From Azolla caroliniana (taxonomy: Eukaryota; Plantae; Polypodiophyta), in assembly GCA_043228905.1 (NCBI GenBank), contig JBHGNT010000132.1, positions 1 through 64,000 of the forward strand: 64,000 nt of DNA. The letters are read 5' to 3'. Numbering within the stretch: the stretch's first letter is position 1; each line of letters begins with the position of its first letter. The notes beneath the pieces are model-generated. The model ran no database searches, had not been told where the DNA came from, and worked only from the letters and a program-made list of their open reading frames with translations. Both the position numbers and the translations under genes were made by a program. This document shows, piece after piece, positions 13,901-29,100 of this stretch.

Positions 13901-16660
13901 TGTCGACCTGAGTTTCAAAATCTTGATTTTTTAATTCCATATAATAGCTAGCGTTGTTATCTTCGATTCGCATGTTTGAACACAAAACTCCGATATGACA
14001 CGAGCCAGGTATGAACATTTTAATTTACTCAAGGGCTCCTCTCAACTCACTACTCAAATTTGGTAATTTCGTCATGTCTGTCGACCTGAGTTTCAAAATC
14101 TTGATTTTTTAATTCCATATCATAGCTAGCGTTGTTAGCTTCGATTCGCATGTTTGAACACAAAACTCCGATATCACACGAGCCAGGTATGAACATTTTC
14201 ATTTACTCAAGGGCTCTTCTCAACTCACTCCTCAAATTTGGTAATTTCGTCATGTCTGTCGACCTGAGTTTCAAAATCTTGATTTTTTAATTCCATATCA
14301 TAACTAGCGTTGTTAGCTTCGATTCGCAAGTTTGAACACAAAAATCCGATATCACACGAGCTAGGTATGAACATTTTCGTTTACCCACTAGCTGCTCTCA
14401 ACTCACTCCTCAAATTTGGTAATTTCGTCATGTCTGTCGACCTGAGTTTCAAAATCTTGATTTTTTAATTCCATATCATAGCTAGCGTTGTTAGCTTCGA
14501 TTCGCATATTTGAACACAAAAATCCGATATGACACGAGCTAGGTATGAATATTTTCGTTTACCCACTAGCTCGTCTTAACTCACTCCTCAAATTTGGTAA
14601 TTTCATCATGTCTCTCGACCTGAGTTTCAAAATCTTGATTTTTTAATTCCAAATCATAGCTAGCGTTGTTAGCTTCGATTCGCATGTTTGAACACAAAAC
14701 TCTGATATCACACGAGCCAGGTATGAACATTTTCATTTACTCAAGGGTTCTTCTCAACTCACTCCTCAAATTTGGAAATTTCGTCATGTCTCTCGACCTG
14801 CGTTTCAAAATCTTGATTTTTTAATTCCATATCATAGCTAGCATTGTTAGCTTCGATTCGCATGTTTGAACATAAAAATCCGATATGACACGAGCCAGGT
14901 ATGAACATTTTGATTTACTCAAGGGCTCCTCTCAACTCACTCCTCAAATTTGGTAATTTCGTCATGTATCTCGACCTGAGTTTCAAAATCTTGATTTTTT
15001 AATTCCATTTCAGAGCTAGCGTTCTTAGCTTCGATTCGCATGTTTGAACACAAAACTCCGATATCACACGAGCCAGGTATGAACATTTTCATTTACTCAA
15101 GGGTTCTTCTCAACTCACTCCTCAAATTTGGTAATTTCGTCATGTCTGTCGACCTGAGTTTCAAAATCTTGATTTTTTAATTCCATATCATAGCTAGCGT
15201 TGTTAGCTTCGATTCGCATGTTTGAACACAAAAATCCGATATCACACGAGCCAGGTATGAACTATTTAATTTACCTCCTAGCTCTTCTCAACTCACTCCT
15301 CAAATTTGGAAATTTCGTCATGTCTCTCGACCTGAGTTTCAAAATCTTGATTTTTTAATTCCATATCATAACTAGCGTTGTTAGCTTCGATTCGCATGTT
15401 TGAACACAAAAATCCGATATGACACGAGCCAGGTATGAACATTTTGATTTACTCAAGGGCTCCTCTCAACTCACCCCTCAAATTTGGTAAGTTCGTCATG
15501 TCTCTCGACCTGAGTTTAAAAATCTTGATTTTTTAATTCCATATCATAGGTAGTGTTGTTAGCTTCGATTTGCATGTTTGAACACAAAAATCCGATATGA
15601 CACGAGCCAGGTATGAACATTTTGATTTACTCAAGGGCTCCTCTCAACTCACCCCTCAAATTTGGTAAGTTCGTCATGTCTCTCGACCTGAGTTTCATAA
15701 TCTTGATTTTTTAATTCCATATCATAGCTAGCGTTGTTAGCTTCGATTCGCATGTTTGAACACAAAAATCCGATATGACACGAGCCAGGTATGAACATTT
15801 TAATTTACCTCCTAGCTCTTCTTAACTCACTTCTCAAATTTGGTAATTTCGTCATGTCTCTCGACTTGAGTTTCAAAATCTTGATTTTTTAATTCCCCAT
15901 CATAGCTAGCGCTGTTAGCTTCGATTCGCATGTTTGAAAACAAAAATACGATATGACACGAGTAAGGTATGAATATTTTAATTTACTCAAGGGCTCCTCT
16001 CAACTCACTCCTCAAATTTGGTAATTTCGTCATGTCTGTCAACCTGAGTTTCAAAATCTTGATTTTTTAATTCCATATCATAACTAGCATTGTTAGCTTC
16101 GATTCGCATGTTTGAACACAAAAATCCGATATGACACGAACCAGGTATGAACATTTTAATTTACTCAAGGGCTCCTCTCAACTCACTCCTCAAATTTGGT
16201 AATTTCGTCATGTCTGTCGACTTGAGTTTCAAAATCTTGATTTTTTAATTCCATATCATAGCTAGCATTGTTAGCTTCGATTCGCATGTTTGAACACAAA
16301 AATCCGATATCACACGAGCCAGGTATGAACTATTTAATTTACCTCCTAGCTCTTCTCAACTCACTCCTCAAATTTGGAAATTTCGTCATGTCTCTCGACC
16401 TGAGTTTCAAAATCTTGATTTTTTAATTCCATATCATAGCTAGCGTTGTTAGCTTCGATTCGCATGTTTGAACACAAAACTCCGATATCACACGAGCCAG
16501 GTATGAACATTTTCATTTACTCAAGGGCTCTTCTCAACTCACTCCTCAAATTTGGTAATTTCGTCATGTCTGTCGACCTGAGATTCAAAATCTTGATTTT
16601 TTAATTCCATATCATAACTAGCGTTGTTAGCTTCGATTCGCATGTTTGAACACAAAAATC
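3845..16660 (+). repeat. Tandem duplication of a 36-monomer block (6408 bp x2)
   Basis: Rare markers aattaagtaa (about 5691 and 12099) and gtaattgcttc (about 5875 and 12283) are 6408 bp apart; the order of all 36 monomer types matches. Confidence 0.9.
4735..7226 (+). repeat. Example of the recurrent 14-monomer higher-order module (2492 bp; W-A-B-C-L-M-D-E-F-G-H-I-J-K)
   Basis: The same variant order recurs at about 11143, 21823, 28943, 41228 and 51910; marker catttcgatt recurs 2492 bp later. Confidence 0.85.
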
Positions 16661-17194
16661 CGATATCACACGAGCCAGGTATGAACATTTTCATTTACTC
16701 AAGGGCTCTTCTCAACTCACTCCTCAAATTTGGTAATTTCGTCATGTCTGTCGACCTGAGTTTCAAAATCTTGATTTTTTAATTCCATATCATAACTAGC
16801 GTTGTTAGCTTCGATTCGCAAGTTTGAACACAAAAATCCGTTATCACACGAGCTAGGTATGAACATTTTCGTTTACCCACTAGCTGCTCTCAACTCACTC
16901 CTCAAATTTGGTAATTTCGTCATGTCTGTCGACCTGAGTTTCAAAATCTTGATTTTTTAATTCCATATCATAGCTAGCGTTGTTAGCTTCGATTCGCATA
17001 TTTGAACACAAAAATCCGATATCACACGAGCCAGGTATGAACTATTTAATTTACCTCCTAGCTCTTCTCAACTCACTCCTCAAATTTGGAAATTTCGTCA
17101 TGTCTCTCGACCTGAGTTTCAAAATCTTGATTTTTTAATTCCATATCATAGCTAGCGTTGTTAGCTTCGATTCGCATGTTTGAACACAAAAATC

Positions 17195-20100
17195 CGATAT
17201 CACACGAGCCAGGTATGAACATTTTCATTTACTCAAGGGCTCCTCTCCACTACTTCCTCAAGTTTGCTAATTTCGTCATGTCTCTCGACCTGAGTTTCAA
17301 AATCTTGATTTTTTAATTCCATATCATAGGTAGTGTTGTTAGCTTCGATTTGCATGTTTGAACACAAAAATCCGATATGACACGAGCCAGGTATGAACAT
17401 TTTAATTTACTCAAGGGCTCCTCTCAACTCACTCCTCAAATATGGTAATTTCGTCGTGTCTGTCGACCTGAGTTTTAAAATCTTGATTTTTAAATTCCAT
17501 ATCATAGCTAGCGTTGTTATCTTCGATTCGCATGTTTGAACACAGAAATCGGATATCACACGAGCCAGGTATGAACATTTTAATTTACCTCCTAGCTCTT
17601 CTTAACTCACTCCTCAAATTTGGTAATTTCGTCATGTCTCTCGACTTGAGTTTCAAAATCTTGATTTTTTAATTCCCCATCATAGCTAGCGTTGTTAGCT
17701 TCGATTCGCATGTTTGAAAACAAAAATACGATATGACACGAGTCAGGTATGAATATTTTAATTTACCTCCTAGCTCTTCTTAACTCACTCCTCAAATTTG
17801 GTAATTTCGTCATGTCTCTCGACTTGACTTTCAAAATCTTGATTTTTTAATTCCCCATCATAGCTAGCGTTGTTAGCTTCGATTCGCATGTTTGAAAACA
17901 AAAATACGATATGACACGAGTCAGGTATGAATATTTTAATTTACTAAAGGGCTCCTCTCAACTCACTCCTCAAATTTGGTAATTTCGTCATGTCTGTCAA
18001 CCTGAGTTTCAAAATCTTGATTTTTTAATTCCATATCATAACTAGCATTGTTAGCTTCGATTCGCATGTTTGAACACAAAAATCCGATATGACACGAGCC
18101 AGGTATGAACATTTTGATTTACTCAAGGGCTCCTCTCAACTCACTCCTCAAATTTGGTAATTTCGTCATGTCTCTCGACCTGAGTTTCAAAATCTTGATT
18201 TTCTAATTCCATATCATAGCTAGCGTTGTTAGCTTCGATTCGCATGTTTGAACACAAAACTCCGAAATGACACGAACCAGGTATGAACATTTTAATTTAC
18301 TCAAGGGCTCCTCTCAACTCACTCCTCAAATTTGGTAATTTCGTCATGTCTGTCGACTTGAGTTTCAAAATCTTGATTTTTTAATTCCATATCATAGCTA
18401 GCATTGTTAGCTTCGATTCGCATGTTTGAACACAAAAATCCGATATCACACGAGCCAGGTATGAACTATTTAATTTACCTCCTAGCTCTTCTCAACTCAC
18501 TCCTCAAATTTGGAAATTTCGTCATGTCTCTCGACCTGAGTTTCAAAATCTTGATTTTTTAATTCCATATCATAGCTAGCGTTGTTAGCTTCGATTCGCA
18601 TGTTTGAACACAAAACTCCGATATGACACGAGCCAGGTATGAACATTTCGATTTACTCAAGGGCTCCTCTCAACTCACTCCTCAAATTTGGTAATTTCGT
18701 CATGTCTGTCGACCTGAGTTTCAAAATCTTGATTTTTTAATTCCATATAATAGCTAGCGTTGTTATCTTCGATTCGCATGTTTGAACACAAAACTCCGAT
18801 ATGACACGAGCCAGGTATGAACATTTTAATTTACTCAAGGGCTCCTCTCAACTCACTACTCAAATTTGGTAATTTCGTCATGTCTGTCGACCTGAGTTTC
18901 AAAATCTTGATTTTTTAATTCCATATCATAGCTAGCGTTGTTAGCTTCGATTCGCATGTTTGAACACAAAACTCCGATATCACACGAGCCAGGTATGAAC
19001 ATTTTCATTTACTCAAGGGCTCTTCTCAACTCACTCCTCAAATTTGGTAATTTCGTCATGTCTGTCGACCTGAGTTTCAAAATCTTGATTTTTTAATTCC
19101 ATATCATAACTAGCGTTGTTAGCTTCGATTCGCAAGTTTGAACACAAAAATCCGATATCACACGAGCTAGGTATGAACATTTTCGTTTACCCACTAGCTG
19201 CTCTCAACTCACTCCTCAAATTTGGTAATTTCGTCATGTCTGTCGACCTGAGTTTCAAAATCTTGATTTTTTAATTCCATATCATAGCTAGCGTTGTTAG
19301 CTTCGATTCGCATATTTGAACACAAAAATCCGATATGACACGAGCTAGGTATGAATATTTTCGTTTACCCACTAGCTCGTCTTAACTCACTCCTCAAATT
19401 TGGTAATTTCATCATGTCTCTCGACCTGAGTTTCAAAATCTTGATTTTTTAATTCCAAATCATAGCTAGCGTTGTTAGCTTCGATTCGCATGTTTGAACA
19501 CAAAACTCTGATATCACACGAGCCAGGTATGAACATTTTCATTTACTCAAGGGCTCTTCTCAACTCACTCCTCAAATTTGGAAATTTCGTCATGTCTCTC
19601 GACCTGCGTTTCAAAATCTTGATTTTTTAATTCCATATCATAGCTAGCATTGTTAGCTTCGATTCGCATGTTTGAACATAAAAATCCGATATGACACGAG
19701 CCAGGTATGAACATTTTGATTTACTCAAGGGCTCCTCTCAACTCACTCCTCAAATTTGGTAATTTCGTCATGTATCTCGACCTGAGTTTCAAAATCTTGA
19801 TTTTTTAATTCCATTTCAGAGCTAGCGTTCTTAGCTTCGATTCGCATGTTTGAACACAAAACTCCGATATCGGACGAGCCAGGTATGAACATTTTCATTT
19901 ACTCAAGGGTTCTTCTCAACTCACTCCTCAAATTTGGTAATTTCGTCATGTCTGTCGACCTGAGTTTCAAAATCTTGATTTTTTAATTCCATATCATAGC
20001 TAGCGTTGTTAGCTTCGATTCGCATGTTTGAACACAAAAATCCGATATCACACGAGCCAGGTATGAACTATTTAATTTACCTCCTAGCTCTTCTCAACTC

Positions 20101-23100
20101 ACTCCTCAAATTTGGAAATTTCGTCATGTCTCTCGACCTGAGTTTCAAAATCTTGATTTTTTAATTCCATATCATAACTAGCGTTGTTAGCTTCGATTCG
20201 CATGTTTGAACACAAAAATCCGATATGACACGAGCCAGGTATGAACATTTTGATTTACTCAAGGGCTCCTCTCAACTCACCCCTCAAATTTGGTAAGTTC
20301 GTCATGTCTCTCGACCTGAGTTTAAAAATCTTGATTTTTTAATTCCATATCATAGGTAGTGTTGTTAGCTTCGATTTGCATGTTTGAACACAAAAATCCG
20401 ATATGACACGAGCCAGGTATGAACATTTTGATTTACTCAAGGGCTCCTCTCAACTCACCCCTCAAATTTGGTAAGTTCGTCATGTCTCTCGACCTGAGTT
20501 TCATAATCTTGATTTTTTAATTCCATATCATAGCTAGCGTTGTTAGCTTCGATTCGCATGTTTGAACACAAAAATCCGATATGACACGAGCCAGGTATGA
20601 ACATTTTAATTTACCTCCTAGCTCTTCTTAACTCACTTCTCAAATTTGGTAATTTCGTCATGTCTCTCGACTTGAGTTTCAAAATCTTGATTTTTTAATT
20701 CCCCATCATAGCTAGCGCTGTTAGCTTCGATTCGCATGTTTGAAAACAAAAATACGATATGACACGAGTAAGGTATGAATATTTTAATTTACTCAAGGGC
20801 TCCTCTCAACTCACTCCTCAAATTTGGTAATTTCGTCATGTCTGTCAACCTGAGTTTCAAAATCTTGATTTTTTAATTCCATATCATAACTAGCATTGTT
20901 AGCTTCGATTCGCATGTTTGAACACAAAAATCCGATATGACACGAACCAGGTATGAACATTTTAATTTACTCAAGGGCTCCTCTCAACTCACTCCTCAAA
21001 TTTGGTAATTTCGTCATGTCTGTCGACTTGAGTTTCAAAATCTTGATTTTTTAATTCCATATAATAGCTAGCATTGTTAGCTTCGATTCGCATGTTTGAA
21101 CACAAAAATCCGATATCACACGAGCCAGGTATGAACTATTTAATTTACCTCCTAGCTCTTCTCAACTCACTCCTCAAATTTGGAAATTTCGTCATGTCTC
21201 TCGACCTGAGTTTCAAAATCTTGATTTTTTAATTCCATATCATAGCTAGCGTTGTTAGCTTCGATTCGCATGTTTGAACACAAAACTCCGATATCACACG
21301 AGCCAGGTATGAACATTTTCATTTACTCAAGGGCTCTTCTCAACTCACTCCTCAAATTTGGTAATTTCGTCATGTCTGTCGACCTGAGATTCAAAATCTT
21401 GATTTTTTAATTCCATATCATAACTAGCGTTGTTAGCTTCGATTCGCATGTTTGAACACAAAAATCCGATATCACACGAGCCAGGTATGAACATTTTCAT
21501 TTACTCAAGGGCTCTTCTCAACTCACTCCTCAAATTTGGTAATTTCGTCATGTCTGTCGACCTGAGTTTCAAAATCTTGATTTTTTAATTCCATATCATA
21601 ACTAGCGTTGTTAGCTTCGATTCGCAAGTTTGAACACAAAAATCCGATATCACACGAGCTAGGTATGAACATTTTCGTTTACCCACTAGCTGCTCTCAAC
21701 TCACTCCTCAAATTTGGTAATTTCGTCATGTCTGTCGACCTGAGTTTCAAAATCTTGATTTTTTAATTCCATATCATAGCTAGCGTTGTTAGCTTCGATT
21801 CGCATATTTGAACACAAAAATCCGATATCACACGAGCCAGGTATGAACTATTTAATTTACCTCCTAGCTCTTCTCAACTCACTCCTCAAATTTGGAAATT
21901 TCGTCATGTCTCTCGACCTGAGTTTCAAAATCTTGATTTTTTAATTCCATATCATAGCTAGCGTTGTTAGCTTCGATTCGCATGTTTGAACACAAAACTC
22001 CGATATGACACGAGCCAGGTATGAACATTTCGATTTACTCAAGGGCTCCTCTCAACTCACTCCTCAAATTTGGTAATTTCGTCATGTCTGTCGACCTGAG
22101 TTTCAAAATCTTGATTTTTTAATTCCATATAATAGCTAGCGTTGTTATCTTCGATTCGCATGTTTGAACACAAAACTCCGATATGACACGAGCCAGGTAT
22201 GAACATTTTAATTTACTCAAGGGCTCCTCTCAACTCACTACTCAAATTTGGTAATTTCGTCATGTCTGTCGACCTGAGTTTCAAAATCTTGATTTTTTAA
22301 TTCCATATCATAGCTAGCGTTGTTAGCTTCGATTCGCATGTTTGAACACAAAACTCCGATATCACACGAGCCAGGTATGAACATTTTCATTTACTCAAGG
22401 GCTCTTCTCAACTCACTCCTCAAATTTGGTAATTTCGTCATGTCTGTCGACCTGAGTTTCAAAATCTTGATTTTTTAATTCCATATCATAACTAGCGTTG
22501 TTAGCTTCGATTCGCAAGTTTGAACACAAAAATCCGATATCACACGAGCTAGGTATGAACATTTTCGTTTACCCACTACCTGCTCTTAACTCACTCCTCA
22601 AATTTGGTAATTTCGTCATGTCTGTCGACCTGAGTTTCAAAATCTTGATTTTTTAATTCCATATCATAGCTAGCGTTGTTAGCTTCGATTCGCATATTTG
22701 AACACAAAAATCCGATATGACACGAGCTAGGTATGAATATTTTCGTTTACCCACTAGCTCGTCTTAACTCACTCCTCAAATTTGGTAATTTCGTCATGTC
22801 TCTCGACCTGAGTTTCAAAATCTTGATTTTTTAATTCCATATCATAGCTAGCGTTGTTAGCTTCGATTCGCATGTTTGAACACAAAAATCCGATATGACA
22901 CGAGCCAGGTATGAACATTTTGATTTACTCAAGGGCTCCTCTCAACTCACTCCTCAAATTTGGTAATTTCTTCATGTCTGTCGACCTGAGTTTCAAAATC
23001 TTGATTTTTTAATTCCATATCATAGCTAGCGTTGTTAGCTTCGATTCGCATGTTTGAACACAAAAATCCGATATCACACGAGCCAGGTATGAACATTTTC

Positions 23101-26100
23101 ATTTACTCAAGGGCTCCTCTCCACTACTTCCTCAAGTTTGCTAATTTCGTCATGTCTCTCGACCTGAGTTTCAAAATCTTGATTTTTTAATTCCATATCA
23201 TAGGTAGTGTTGTTAGCTTCGATTTGCATGTTTGAACACAAAAATCCGATATGACACGAGCCAGGTATGAACATTTTAATTTACTCAAGGGCTCCTCTCA
23301 ACTCACTCCTCAAATATGGTAATTTCGTCGTGTCTGTCGACCTGAGTTTTAAAATCTTGATTTTTAAATTCCATATCATAGCTAGCGTTGTTATCTTCGA
23401 TTCGCATGTTTGAACACAGAAATCGGATATCACACGAGCCAGGTATGAACATTTTAATTTACCTCCTAGCTCTTCTTAACTCACTCCTCAAATTTGGTAA
23501 TTTCGTCATGTCTCTCGACTTGAGTTTCAAAATCTTGATTTTTTAATTCCCCATCATAGCTAGCGTTGTTAGCTTCGATTCGCATGTTTGAAAACAAAAA
23601 TACGATATGACACGAGTCAGGTATGAATATTTTAATTTACCTCCTAGCTCTTCTTAACTCACTCCTCAAATTTGGTAATTTCGTCATGTCTCTCGACTTG
23701 AGTTTCAAAATCTTGATTTTTTAATTCCCCATCATAGCTAGCGTTGTTAGCTTCGATTCGCATGTTTGAAAACAAAAATACGATATGACACGAGTCAGGT
23801 ATGAATATTTTAATTTACTAAAGGGCTCCTCTCAACTCACTCCTCAAATTTGGTAATTTCGTCATGTCTGTCAACCTGAGTTTCAAAATCTTGATTTTTT
23901 AATTCCATATCATAACTAGCATTGTTAGCTTCGATTCGCATGTTTGAACACAAAAATCCGATATGACACGAGCCAGGTATGAACATTTTGATTTACTCAA
24001 GGGCTCCTCTCAACTCACTCCTCAAATTTGGTAATTTCGTCATGTCTCTCGACCTGAGTTTCAAAATCTTGATTTTCTAATTCCATATCATAGCTAGCGT
24101 TGTTAGCTTCGATTCGCATGTTTGAACACAAAACTCCGAAATGACACGAACCAGGTATGAACATTTTAATTTACTCAAGGGCTCCTCTCAACTCACTCCT
24201 CAAATTTGGTAATTTCGTCATGTCTGTCGACTTGAGTTTCAAAATCTTGATTTTTTAATTCCATATCATAGCTAGCATTGTTAGCTTCGATTCGCATGTT
24301 TGAACACAAAAATCCGATATCACACGAGCCAGGTATGAACATTTTCATTTACTCAAGGGCTCCTCTCCACTACTTCCTCAAGTTTGCTAATTTCGTCATG
24401 TCTCTCGACCTGAGTTTCAAAATCTTGATTTTTTAATTCCATATCATAGGTAGTGTTGTTAGCTTCGATTTGCATGTTTGAACACAAAAATCCGATATGA
24501 CACGAGCCAGGTATGAACATTTTAATTTACTCAAGGGCTCCTCTCAACTCACTCCTCAAATATGGTAATTTCGTCGTGTCTGTCGACCTGAGTTTTAAAA
24601 TCTTGATTTTTAAATTCCATATCATAGCTAGCGTTGTTATCTTCGATTCGCATGTTTGAACACAGAAATCGGATATCACACGAGCCAGGTATGAACATTT
24701 TAATTTACCTCCTAGCTCTTCTTAACTCACTCCTCAAATTTGGTAATTTCGTCATGTCTCTCGACTTGAGTTTCAAAATCTTGATTTTTTAATTCCCCAT
24801 CATAGCTAGCGTTGTTAGCTTCGATTCGCATGTTTGAAAACAAAAATACGATATGACACGAGTCAGGTATGAATATTTTAATTTACCTCCTAGCTCTTCT
24901 TAACTCACTCCTCAAATTTGGTAATTTCGTCATGTCTCTCGACTTGACTTTCAAAATCTTGATTTTTTAATTCCCCATCATAGCTAGCGTTGTTAGCTTC
25001 GATTCGCATGTTTGAAAACAAAAATACGATATGACACGAGTCAGGTATGAATATTTTAATTTACTAAAGGGCTCCTCTCAACTCACTCCTCAAATTTGGT
25101 AATTTCGTCATGTCTGTCAACCTGAGTTTCAAAATCTTGATTTTTTAATTCCATATCATAACTAGCATTGTTAGCTTCGATTCGCATGTTTGAACACAAA
25201 AATCCGATATGACACGAGCCAGGTATGAACATTTTGATTTACTCAAGGGCTCCTCTCAACTCACTCCTCAAATTTGGTAATTTCGTCATGTCTCTCGACC
25301 TGAGTTTCAAAATCTTGATTTTCTAATTCCATATCATAGCTAGCGTTGTTAGCTTCGATTCGCATGTTTGAACACAAAACTCCGAAATGACACGAACCAG
25401 GTATGAACATTTTAATTTACTCAAGGGCTCCTCTCAACTCACTCCTCAAATTTGGTAATTTCGTCATGTCTGTCGACTTGAGTTTCAAAATCTTGATTTT
25501 TTAATTCCATATCATAGCTAGCATTGTTAGCTTCGATTCGCATGTTTGAACACAAAAATCCGATATCACACGAGCCAGGTATGAACTATTTAATTTACCT
25601 CCTAGCTCTTCTCAACTCACTCCTCAAATTTGGAAATTTCGTCATGTCTCTCGACCTGAGTTTCAAAATCTTGATTTTTTAATTCCATATCATAGCTAGC
25701 GTTGTTAGCTTCGATTCGCATGTTTGAACACAAAACTCCGATATGACACGAGCCAGGTATGAACATTTCGATTTACTCAAGGGCTCCTCTCAACTCACTC
25801 CTCAAATTTGGTAATTTCGTCATGTCTGTCGACCTGAGTTTCAAAATCTTGATTTTTTAATTCCATATAATAGCTAGCGTTGTTATCTTCGATTCGCATG
25901 TTTGAACACAAAACTCCGATATGACACGAGCCAGGTATGAACATTTTAATTTACTCAAGGGCTCCTCTCAACTCACTACTCAAATTTGGTAATTTCGTCA
26001 TGTCTGTCGACCTGAGTTTCAAAATCTTGATTTTTTAATTCCATATCATAGCTAGCGTTGTTAGCTTCGATTCGCATGTTTGAACACAAAACTCCGATAT

Positions 26101-29100
26101 CACACGAGCCAGGTATGAACATTTTCATTTACTCAAGGGCTCTTCTCAACTCACTCCTCAAATTTGGTAATTTCGTCATGTCTGTCGACCTGAGTTTCAA
26201 AATCTTGATTTTTTAATTCCATATCATAACTAGCGTTGTTAGCTTCGATTCGCAAGTTTGAACACAAAAATCCGATATCACACGAGCTAGGTATGAACAT
26301 TTTCGTTTACCCACTAGCTGCTCTCAACTCACTCCTCAAATTTGGTAATTTCGTCATGTCTGTCGACCTGAGTTTCAAAATCTTGATTTTTTAATTCCAT
26401 ATCATAGCTAGCGTTGTTAGCTTCGATTCGCATATTTGAACACAAAAATCCGATATGACACGAGCTAGGTATGAATATTTTCGTTTACCCACTAGCTCGT
26501 CTTAACTCACTCCTCAAATTTGGTAATTTCATCATGTCTCTCGACCTGAGTTTCAAAATCTTGATTTTTTAATTCCAAATCATAGCTAGCGTTGTTAGCT
26601 TCGATTCGCATGTTTGAACACAAAACTCTGATATCACACGAGCCAGGTATGAACATTTTCATTTACTCAAGGGCTCTTCTCAACTCACTCCTCAAATTTG
26701 GAAATTTCGTCATGTCTCTCGACCTGCGTTTCAAAATCTTGATTTTTTAATTCCATATCATAGCTAGCATTGTTAGCTTCGATTCGCATGTTTGAACATA
26801 AAAATCCGATATGACACGAGCCAGGTATGAACATTTTGATTTACTCAAGGGCTCCTCTCAACTCACTCCTCAAATTTGGTAATTTCGTCATGTATCTCGA
26901 CCTGAGTTTCAAAATCTTGATTTTTTAATTCCATTTCAGAGCTAGCGTTCTTAGCTTCGATTCGCATGTTTGAACACAAAACTCCGATATCGGACGAGCC
27001 AGGTATGAACATTTTCATTTACTCAAGGGTTCTTCTCAACTCACTCCTCAAATTTGGTAATTTCGTCATGTCTGTCGACCTGAGTTTCAAAATCTTGATT
27101 TTTTAATTCCATATCATAGCTAGCGTTGTTAGCTTCGATTCGCATGTTTGAACACAAAAATCCGATATCACACGAGCCAGGTATGAACTATTTAATTTAC
27201 CTCCTAGCTCTTCTCAACTCACTCCTCAAATTTGGAAATTTCGTCATGTCTCTCGACCTGAGTTTCAAAATCTTGATTTTTTAATTCCATATCATAACTA
27301 GCGTTGTTAGCTTCGATTCGCATGTTTGAACACAAAAATCCGATATGACACGAGCCAGGTATGAACATTTTGATTTACTCAAGGGCTCCTCTCAACTCAC
27401 CCCTCAAATTTGGTAAGTTCGTCATGTCTCTCGACCTGAGTTTAAAAATCTTGATTTTTTAATTCCATATCATAGGTAGTGTTGTTAGCTTCGATTTGCA
27501 TGTTTGAACACAAAAATCCGATATGACACGAGCCAGGTATGAACATTTTGATTTACTCAAGGGCTCCTCTCAACTCACCCCTCAAATTTGGTAAGTTCGT
27601 CATGTCTCTCGACCTGAGTTTCATAATCTTGATTTTTTAATTCCATATCATAGCTAGCGTTGTTAGCTTCGATTCGCATGTTTGAACACAAAAATCCGAT
27701 ATGACACGAGCCAGGTATGAACATTTTAATTTACCTCCTAGCTCTTCTTAACTCACTTCTCAAATTTGGTAATTTCGTCATGTCTCTCGACTTGAGTTTC
27801 AAAATCTTGATTTTTTAATTCCCCATCATAGCTAGCGCTGTTAGCTTCGATTCGCATGTTTGAAAACAAAAATACGATATGACACGAGTAAGGTATGAAT
27901 ATTTTAATTTACTCAAGGGCTCCTCTCAACTCACTCCTCAAATTTGGTAATTTCGTCATGTCTGTCAACCTGAGTTTCAAAATCTTGATTTTTTAATTCC
28001 ATATCATAACTAGCATTGTTAGCTTCGATTCGCATGTTTGAACACAAAAATCCGATATGACACGAACCAGGTATGAACATTTTAATTTACTCAAGGGCTC
28101 CTCTCAACTCACTCCTCAAATTTGGTAATTTCGTCATGTCTGTCGACTTGAGTTTCAAAATCTTGATTTTTTAATTCCATATAATAGCTAGCATTGTTAG
28201 CTTCGATTCGCATGTTTGAACACAAAAATCCGATATCACACGAGCCAGGTATGAACTATTTAATTTACCTCCTAGCTCTTCTCAACTCACTCCTCAAATT
28301 TGGAAATTTCGTCATGTCTCTCGACCTGAGTTTCAAAATCTTGATTTTTTAATTCCATATCATAGCTAGCGTTGTTAGCTTCGATTCGCATGTTTGAACA
28401 CAAAACTCCGATATCACACGAGCCAGGTATGAACATTTTCATTTACTCAAGGGCTCTTCTCAACTCACTCCTCAAATTTGGTAATTTCGTCATGTCTGTC
28501 GACCTGAGATTCAAAATCTTGATTTTTTAATTCCATATCATAACTAGCGTTGTTAGCTTCGATTCGCATGTTTGAACACAAAAATCCGATATCACACGAG
28601 CCAGGTATGAACATTTTCATTTACTCAAGGGCTCTTCTCAACTCACTCCTCAAATTTGGTAATTTCGTCATGTCTGTCGACCTGAGTTTCAAAATCTTGA
28701 TTTTTTAATTCCATATCATAACTAGCGTTGTTAGCTTCGATTCGCAAGTTTGAACACAAAAATCCGATATCACACGAGCTAGGTATGAACATTTTCGTTT
28801 ACCCACTAGCTGCTCTCAACTCACTCCTCAAATTTGGTAATTTCGTCATGTCTGTCGACCTGAGTTTCAAAATCTTGATTTTTTAATTCCATATCATAGC
28901 TAGCGTTGTTAGCTTCGATTCGCATATTTGAACACAGAAATCCGATATCACACGAGCCAGGTATGAACTATTTAATTTACCTCCTAGCTCTTCTCAACTC
29001 ACTCCTCAAATTTGGAAATTTCGTCATGTCTCTCGACCTGAGTTTCAAAATCTTGATTTTTTAATTCCATATCATAGCTAGCGTTGTTAGCTTCGATTCG

